This document shows positions 56,943-64,000 of a DNA stretch of 64,000 nucleotides, piece after piece (the stretch's first letter is position 1; every line of letters begins with the position of its first letter). The notes below the pieces were generated by a model. That model had not been told where the DNA came from, ran no database searches, and saw only the letters and a program-made list of their open reading frames with translations. Position numbers and translations under genes: made by a program. The DNA is from an uncultured Candidatus Saccharibacteria bacterium (GTDB lineage: Bacteria; Patescibacteriota; Minisyncoccia; Phycocordibacterales; UBA918): the NCBI GenBank assembly GCA_964350985.1, contig CAYGLK010000001.1:91018-155017 (forward strand), written 5' to 3'.

Positions 56943-57848
56943 ATGGCACTCAAACAAATCAAAAACAAAATAATTTCTACCAAAAAAACTGGCAAAGTGA
57001 CTAAGGCCATGGAGTCGGTTTCAGCGGTGAAGATGCGTAAGAGTCAGGCTCGAGCTTTTGAAAGCCGACCTTATATCAGAGCCGCAATGCGTATTTTGTC
57101 TCGTTTGTCTGACACTCGCGACGTAGAGCAGCATGAATTTTCTAAGGTTAGAACTTCAACTAAAAAGTTGGTTGTAATTGTCACTAGTGACAAAGGTCTG
57201 GCTGGAAGCGTTAACAGTGCTGTTTTACGGAAGGTGGAACTAATGAAAAAAGACGGTGAGATTTTTGATGTTGTTACTATTGGACGCAAAGCCTTTGAGT
57301 TTGCTGAGCGTGAGAAGTTGGTCATCAAAGCTCACTACCTAAATGTTAGTGACGGAGTGACTTTATCTGATGTTTACGAGATGTCAGATGTAGTAATGAA
57401 AGCTTTTGCAGCTGACCTGACTTACGGAATCGTTGAAGTTGTTTACCAAAACTTTATTTCTACATTTGAACAAAACCCAACTAAGCGGCAAATCTTGCCG
57501 CTAGATCCAAAAGAAGTAAAAGAAATAATGCTAGACATCCGTCCAAAGACTGGAAAGTTTAGCGACGAAATAGTGGTTGAAGGGGCGACTTTGCAATATG
57601 AAATCGAACCAAGTGCTAGTGCTGTTTTGGACGTCTTGATTCCACAACTAGTACAGATCTTGATCTTCCACGCTCTACTTGAAAGTAAGGCGTCAGAACA
57701 CTCTTCAAGAATGGTGGCGATGAAGAACGCAACTGATAAATCTAAAGAAGTAGCCAAAGCTCTGACTTTGGTTTACAACAAAGCCAGACAAGCCGCTATT
57801 ACAGCTGAGGTAGCTGAGATAACCGGAGGTATGGAAGCTATGAAATAA
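56943..57848 (+). CDS. atpG: F0F1 ATP synthase subunit gamma
   Basis: N-terminal IKNKIISTKKTGKVTKAMESVSAVKMRK and C-terminal helix motifs. Confidence 0.9.
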   Translation: MALKQIKNKIISTKKTGKVTKAMESVSAVKMRKSQARAFESRPYIRAAMRILSRLSDTRDVEQHEFSKVRTSTKKLVVIVTSDKGLAGSVNSAVLRKVELMKKDGEIFDVVTIGRKAFEFAEREKLVIKAHYLNVSDGVTLSDVYEMSDVVMKAFAADLTYGIVEVVYQNFISTFEQNPTKRQILPLDPKEVKEIMLDIRPKTGKFSDEIVVEGATLQYEIEPSASAVLDVLIPQLVQILIFHALLESKASEHSSRMVAMKNATDKSKEVAKALTLVYNKARQAAITAEVAEITGGMEAMK

Positions 57849-57967
57849 ACTTGCGATACGACTCCATATGCTTTGTCGCTAAAATATTTTAGCCTAGGGC
57901 CTCTGGAGCCGTCTCACAAGTTTATGAGATACATTTGAAAGATTATTAAGCCAAACACAATTATTAA

Positions 57968-59347
<1,380 letters not shown>

Positions 59348-59372
59348 GTAAATAGCTAATCTGTTTTGTTGC

Positions 59373-59442
59373 TACGAAAAAATTTTCTTTCACTGTACAT
59401 TTAAGTACACCTCAATAAAATTTTTTCTAGCGCCGCGCATCT
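59373..59442 (+). repeat. GTAC-core conserved intergenic element, copy C3 (between atpD and atpC)
   Basis: CGAAAAAATTTTCtttCActGTACatttaaGTACaccTCaataAAATTTTTTCtaGCGCCGCGCAT. Confidence 0.6.
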
Positions 59443-59490
59443 TAACCATTTATTTAACTCTCTTGAGGAGACGATTAAATTTATAAATAT

Positions 59491-59742
59491 ATGGCAACAC
59501 AAAAACTACTAAAACTAAACATCTCAAAAGTTGACGGCTCTCTCTTCGATGAAGAGGTGATTTCAGTTACAGTGCCTGGTACAGAAGGAGAGATGACTTT
59601 GTTAGCAGAACACGCTCCAATCGTCTCCGTGCTTCGTCCAGGGGTTATTACTGCACGCAAAGCGGATGGTACAACAGCAGAATTTCCAGTTGAAGTTGGT
59701 ACTCTCGAAGTCAGTCACAACACAGTGACGATCCTACTTTAA
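59491..59742 (+). CDS. atpC: F0F1 ATP synthase subunit epsilon (N-terminal beta-sandwich only, 83 aa)
   Basis: LNISKVDGSLFDEEVISVTVPGTEGEMTLLAEHAPIVSVLRPGVI; lacks the C-terminal helical hairpin. Confidence 0.85.
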   Translation: MATQKLLKLNISKVDGSLFDEEVISVTVPGTEGEMTLLAEHAPIVSVLRPGVITARKADGTTAEFPVEVGTLEVSHNTVTILL

Positions 59743-59774
59743 AACTATTTATATAAAAATGGGTTGTGTTAAGG

Positions 59775-59810
59775 CCCGCCACTATGATGGTGGCGGGCCT
59801 TGGTTTTTTG
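59775..59810 (+). terminator. terminator after atpC
   Basis: AGGCCCGCCAC-TATGATG-GTGGCGGGCCT followed by TGGTTTTTT. Confidence 0.7.
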
Positions 59811-59825
59811 CGCTTAAGCTGTCCT

Positions 59826-60212
59826 TCAGTAATACTTCAGGAAGTCAGTCAATGCAGCATGAACCTCCCTGATCATCACTAGACCGTAAAGGGTTGCCTT
59901 GTAACGTGTATCCAGATCGCCGACGATCCTAACCTCGTCTTTGATGGCTTCCCAAATCACACTTCCGAAGCTCCCCTCAACTCCGCCGTCAAGGAAGAAG
60001 GAGTGATCGACGTTTGGTTGCTCGATGATTTTCGCCAGAGATTCAACTACGTGAACCAAAGTGGTCCTGTATTGAATCCGAGCGTAGTGATCAGGGACCA
60101 CGCTGTAGATTCTCACTCGGTGGCGGTCACGACAGAGAGAGACGAGAGGTCGGTCCAATTCGTGACCTATGACCACAAAGGTGTAAGGGGGTTTTTTGGG
60201 AGGTGTCGACAT
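59826..60212 (-). CDS. hypothetical protein (128 aa) on the GC-rich island
   Basis: ATG with an AGGAA-type RBS. GC-rich relative to neighbours. No domain recognised. Confidence 0.45.
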   Translation of the reverse strand: MSTPPKKPPYTFVVIGHELDRPLVSLCRDRHRVRIYSVVPDHYARIQYRTTLVHVVESLAKIIEQPNVDHSFFLDGGVEGSFGSVIWEAIKDEVRIVGDLDTRYKATLYGLVMIREVHAALTDFLKYY

Positions 60213-60334
60213 GAGCTAGGTTCCTGTCTGGGAGATAGATCGAAAGGTCTGAAAATCCATTTTATTTATAACACACTAACGATATTAGGTAAATATAATA
60301 TATATCACCAAATAATTTTGCTCTGGTTATTTTT

Positions 60335-60405
60335 TATTAAGTATTCATTTGTTTGACTAAAGTGTTTACAGCCAAAAAATCCTCAATATGAAGATAGGGG
60401 AGATG
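60335..60405 (-). pseudogene. duplicated fragment of the ung 3' region
   Basis: TGTTTACAGCCAAAAAATCCTCaATAtgAAGATAGGGGAGA is ~90% identical to 61057-61097 inside genuine ung, and the similarity extends leftwards. Confidence 0.6.
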
Positions 60406-60552
60406 ACCTTGCTCGCAGAACACGCTCCAATCGTCTCTGTGCTTCGTCCAAGGGTTATTACTGCACGCAAAGCGGATGGTACAACAGCAGAATTTCCAGT
60501 TGAAGTTGGTACTCTCGAAGTTAGTCACAATACTGTTACTATCTTACTTTAA
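60398..60552 (+). pseudogene. duplicated 3' fragment of atpC (codons ~33-83)
   Basis: GAGATGACCTTGCTCGCAGAACACGCTCCAATCGTCTCTGTGCTTCGTCCAAGGGTTATTACTGCACGCAAAGCGGATGG...TTACTTTAA is ~93% identical to 59590-59742. Confidence 0.7.
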
Positions 60553-60638
60553 GAATATTTGCATAATAAAAAGAAAGAACCGCCGCACCGAATGGGGAAG
60601 TCGGGACGGATGTCCTTTCTTCCGCCTGGTGTGGCGGT

Positions 60639-60887
60639 TCAGCTTGCTTTTTTTGGCAATTCGCCGCGAAAAATGAATCTGTGGGCATCGCTGCCAGTAA
60701 GAACAATGGTGCCGCCGTCGCATTTCGTTACCTTGACCGCCGACGTTTTTCCAATAAAGCTTGCATCTTGGATGCATGCATCGACACTAGACCTAGGCAT
60801 AGAAAGCACTGCGAGCAACAGACTGGCGCTGGCAAGCACTATTGCCAGCAAAACACTCTTGATGAACAATGGAAATAATGGGAACAT
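60639..60887 (-). CDS. small secreted/membrane-anchored protein (82 aa) on the GC-rich island
   Basis: Strong RBS GAGGAG 6 nt before ATG. Signal-peptide-like MFPLFPLFIKSVLLAIVLASASLLLAVLS. The antisense plus-strand ORF was rejected. Confidence 0.4.
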   Translation of the reverse strand: MFPLFPLFIKSVLLAIVLASASLLLAVLSMPRSSVDACIQDASFIGKTSAVKVTKCDGGTIVLTGSDAHRFIFRGELPKKAS

Positions 60888-61010
60888 GGGACACTCCTCG
60901 TTTGTCAGCGTTTGGGTTGAGCTTTTATATAATACAATGTTAGTATCACATGTCAAGTCAGTGAAGATTTTCTAGTCAATTTGAGGTAAAGTACGCAATA
61001 ATTTTTTATT

Positions 61011-61673
61011 TTACCAAACAATTTCATTTTCACCTTGACCCTTTAAATAATCATTAGTTTTACTAAAATGTTTACAGCCAAAAAATCCTCTATAAGAAGA
61101 TAGGGGAGAGGGATGTGGCGCAGTTAAGATTAAGTGCTTACTGTTATCAATCAATTTTTTCTTTGCTTCAGCAGGCTTTCCCCAGAGTAAGAAAACAACG
61201 TGATCTTTTTCTTCGGAAATTTTCTGAATGATTGCATCAGTAAATCTCTCCCAGCCTAAGCCTTGATGTGATCCGGGAGCATCTTCTTTTACTGTTAAAG
61301 TGGTGTTAAGTAAAAGGATTCCTTGTTCAGCCCAATGTTTTAGATCGCCAGACTCTGGCATCACTTTTCCTACATCAGAAGTAACTTCTTTATAAATATT
61401 TCGCAGTGATGGTGGAAGAAGAATTCCTTCAGGTACTGAAAAACTTAAGCCGACGGCTTGTCCGGCACCATGATAAGGATCTTGACCCAGTATAACTACT
61501 TTAGTTTCTCTTAGAGGGCAAAGTGAGAAAGCTCTGAAGACGTTGTCTTTGTTGGGGAAGACCTTTTCAGTCTGGTACTTTTCTTCAATGACTCGCTCGA
61601 GGTTTTTGACATAAGTAAGTTCAAGCTCTTCTTTTAAAGCATTCTGCCAGTCTTGAGGTAGTTCCTGAAACAT
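61011..61673 (-). CDS. ung: uracil-DNA glycosylase, family 1
   Basis: VVILGQDPYHGAGQA motif and the HPSPLS C-terminal motif. Confidence 0.9.
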   Translation of the reverse strand: MFQELPQDWQNALKEELELTYVKNLERVIEEKYQTEKVFPNKDNVFRAFSLCPLRETKVVILGQDPYHGAGQAVGLSFSVPEGILLPPSLRNIYKEVTSDVGKVMPESGDLKHWAEQGILLLNTTLTVKEDAPGSHQGLGWERFTDAIIQKISEEKDHVVFLLWGKPAEAKKKLIDNSKHLILTAPHPSPLSSYRGFFGCKHFSKTNDYLKGQGENEIVW

Positions 61674-61721
61674 ATCTATACCTTACTATGCTTAGGTCTT
61701 TCTGTTAAGAACACCAGTCTT

Positions 61722-61985
61722 TTGCTCCGTGGGCTTATGCTAATATTTAAATATATGCTTGAATCACATACCCGTAGCGTAGTTAAAGGAATGACTTGGA
61801 GAATCATTGCTTCTGGCACCACTATGGCAATTGTCTATGTTTTGACGGGTAATTTAGAATTAGTTGCTAGTGTTGGAGCAATTGATGTTGCTTTGAAGAT
61901 TTTCTTTTATTACTTACACGAAAGAAGTTGGGGTAAGGTTGGCTGGGGAATTTTACCAAATAGATTATCTAGACTAAAGCGCTAA
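61722..61985 (+). CDS. small membrane protein (DUF2061-like)
   Basis: 87 aa; two TM helices. Confidence 0.4.
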   Translation: MLRGLMLIFKYMLESHTRSVVKGMTWRIIASGTTMAIVYVLTGNLELVASVGAIDVALKIFFYYLHERSWGKVGWGILPNRLSRLKR

Positions 61986-62854
61986 GCAAGCTTTTGACAC
62001 GAAGGACAAAAATGCGTACCGCGACCAGCGACGCGCATTTTTTTGATTTCAGTCTTACACCTAGGGCAAGGAGTTTTTTGTTTTCCGAATACCTTCAAGT
62101 AGTTAGTATAGTTTCCTTTGCTTCCGTCTGTATCTTTAAAGTGCTGGAAAGTAGTGCCACCAACGCTAATGGATTTATTCATCACGTCACCACTAGCTTT
62201 TCCAATACTTCTGGCTTCTTTTACGGTAATGGTGTTAGCTTTTCTTTCGGGGTGTACCTTAGCTTTAAATAACGCTTCATCGACATAAATGTTACCCAAA
62301 CCAGCAATGAAAGTCTGATCTAAAAGTACGGCCTTGATACTACGGTTCTTTTTTTGTAGTCCTAGGTAAAAAGACTTTTGATCAAAATCAGGATGAATTG
62401 GTTCTGGTCCAAAACGACTTCGTGCTTGGGCTACCCTAGCTTTGTTAGCGATTTCGATATAACCAAACTTACGCATGTCATTAAAGAAAAGAGCTGACCC
62501 GTTTTCCAAGTAAAAAGCTATCCTGGTGTGTTTGTTCGGTAAGTTTTTAGTATCTGCTTCAGATAAAGAGTGTCCACCGCCACTGACTGACTTTTTTCTA
62601 TCAACAAAAAAGAACTGCCCAGTCATTTTCAGGTGTGCAAGGAGATATAAGTCTGGTTCAGCTTTAAAGCTAAAAATCATCAGCTTACCAACTCGATCAA
62701 TACTGGAAAAAGTTTTATTTTTGAGTATCTCACTAAAAGTATAGTTTCCACGAGCAGTTTTTGGATTAAAAACCTCTATTTTCTTGATTTTTTTATTTTT
62801 AATCTTATGCAAAAGCTGTAGACGAACAGTTTCTACTTCTGGGAGTTCTGGCAT
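61982..62854 (-). CDS. mutM: formamidopyrimidine-DNA glycosylase
   Basis: N-terminal MPELPEVETV and C-terminal zinc finger CPRCKTEIKKMRVAGRGTHFCPSCQ. Confidence 0.9.
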   Translation of the reverse strand: MPELPEVETVRLQLLHKIKNKKIKKIEVFNPKTARGNYTFSEILKNKTFSSIDRVGKLMIFSFKAEPDLYLLAHLKMTGQFFFVDRKKSVSGGGHSLSEADTKNLPNKHTRIAFYLENGSALFFNDMRKFGYIEIANKARVAQARSRFGPEPIHPDFDQKSFYLGLQKKNRSIKAVLLDQTFIAGLGNIYVDEALFKAKVHPERKANTITVKEARSIGKASGDVMNKSISVGGTTFQHFKDTDGSKGNYTNYLKVFGKQKTPCPRCKTEIKKMRVAGRGTHFCPSCQKLA

Positions 62855-62940
62855 GGTTTTATTGTATGACCTTAAGACTAAAATGCCAAATTACGTTTAA
62901 CTCTAGCCAAAAAGGGATTATTTGCCTATAGTAGGCACAT

Positions 62941-63156
62941 ATGGCCCATCCATTTACCAAAATATTTGATTTAGCTTTGAAAAAAAGTTCAAGCGAAGAG
63001 AACTTTGTCTTAATCGAAGCTGAGAAAATTATTAAAAAAGGCTACTCAGCCACAGAGATTCATACTGTGCTTACCAAACTGCAAAAATCACTCATAGACC
63101 AAACTGAAGCTGAAATTGTCTCTGAAGCAGCTGAAGAGGTGAGTCGGTACTTGTAA
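62941..63156 (+). CDS. hypothetical small acidic protein
   Basis: 71-aa ORF only. Confidence 0.3.
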   Translation: MAHPFTKIFDLALKKSSSEENFVLIEAEKIIKKGYSATEIHTVLTKLQKSLIDQTEAEIVSEAAEEVSRYL

Positions 63157-63204
63157 TACAAACGATCAAGGCCGACTGGGGTTACCAATCGGCCTATCTT
63201 TCAG

Positions 63205-63561
63205 TCACGTTCTCGTTACCGTAAAGGCTCTCTTGTACAGAGCTGTATTTTTTTCAATGCTTGCTGAACAAAGAATACCAGCTAGCCTAGGTAACTTTTC
63301 CTTGAATAATTCCGGCAACCGGGTCGCAGCAGAAGAACCTGCGACAGAAATTATGTAGCAGTCGCCAATGTCTTGGTATCCGTTGACACCAAATAAATCT
63401 CGAACATCTTCCGCTGAAATTCGACGGCGAATGCAACCGCTGTCTCTAAAATTGGAGTTCCTGAAAGCCAAGACTATTTTGTCAAACTTGCCTTCACTTA
63501 ACGCTTCTGGTGTTATCAGTACCAGAACTGTTTCAGGAACACCTAAGACGTTAGCAATCAT
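63205..63561 (-). CDS. hypothetical protein (118 aa)
   Basis: ORF only; weak resemblance to a Rossmann-like nucleotide-binding fold. Confidence 0.35.
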   Translation of the reverse strand: MIANVLGVPETVLVLITPEALSEGKFDKIVLAFRNSNFRDSGCIRRRISAEDVRDLFGVNGYQDIGDCYIISVAGSSAATRLPELFKEKLPRLAGILCSASIEKNTALYKRAFTVTRT

Positions 63562-63860
63562 AGAGCACCCCGTGGTTTAGATTGAAAGTACTTTTGGCAC
63601 AAATTTTGTGCCGAAGGAACTGCTTTACCTAAATATTACACATTTAGGTAAGGGTGACAATTTATATATGTGTAGAGACGCAGTGTCAGGTTTACCTGGT
63701 GATCTTAAAAGCTGCCCAGATGCCCAAAATAGCTCCAAGTGAGCTAAAAATGATCGATGAGAAAGAGAAGTAGGCAGCACCCCAGAGCAGTGGAATATAC
63801 CCACCAATAATGCCCCCAACAGAAAGTAGTAACCACATTATTTTTTTACTCTCCATAGGG

Positions 63861-64000
63861 TTAAAAGTTAAGATAGGTGATCGTTAGTTGAAGAACGGTC
63901 GCAAATGAAACCCAAGCTAAGTAGGGAATATTTACATAGGTTACCCAAGGAACGTACTGATAGATAGCGTAAAGCGCCCAGACCAAGGTACCTAATACTA
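63861..64000 (-). CDS. TspO/MBR-like membrane protein, C-terminal part (partial at window end)
   Basis: ...YVPWVTYVNIPYLAWVSFATVLQLTITYLNF resembles the TspO C-terminus (YLxWVSFA..LN..IW.LN). Confidence 0.4.
   Translation of the reverse strand, partial: VLGTLVWALYAIYQYVPWVTYVNIPYLAWVSFATVLQLTITYLNF

Noticed and set aside
60559-60975. 138-aa plus-strand ORF on the island
   Set aside because: The overlapping minus-strand ORF has a strong GAGGAG RBS and a signal peptide. The plus ORF has neither.

Overview
This 64-kb window is from a low-GC, small-genome bacterium. Most genes lack Shine-Dalgarno sequences, and several nucleic-acid-binding proteins carry Lys/Ala- or Arg/Gly-rich low-complexity tails. 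Gene content and order suggest a Patescibacteria/CPR-like lineage, though this is inference only. The standard genetic code is assumed because the long ORFs (rpoB, rpoC) are intact with TGA as stop. Mostly housekeeping genes, in this order: dnaE 5' end (minus strand), HAD hydrolase, GNAT, rnhB, rpmF, a nusB-Nudix fusion, rnc, two type IV pilin genes, a short hinge-less smc, an AbrB/RelE-type toxin-antitoxin pair, rnr, rpsP, a KH-domain gene, trmD, rpoB, rpoC, a secreted metzincin, a TrpR/YerC-like regulator, dnaG, rpoD, an anion permease, a UvrD-like helicase-nuclease, dsbA-like, uppP, hisS, prmC, fba, rpmG, a Gly-rich repeat surface protein, a glycogen cluster (GlgA-like GT, GH57, GH15), truB, a CorC-like transporter, a DEAD-box helicase, the complete F1Fo ATP synthase operon (atpBEFHAGDC), ung and mutM. 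No CRISPR array, rRNA or confident tRNA genes were found. The most notable non-genic structure is a family of five conserved ~70-nt GTAC-core elements, all on the plus strand, lying between translation/ATP-synthase genes; two copies are embedded in longer stem-closed elements. There is also a 24-bp palindromic operator family around the TrpR-like regulator and upstream of the glycogen operon. Between atpC and ung sits a GC-rich island bounded by duplicated 3' fragments of both genes. Finally, GTTCC...GGAAC hairpins flank the toxin-antitoxin module.
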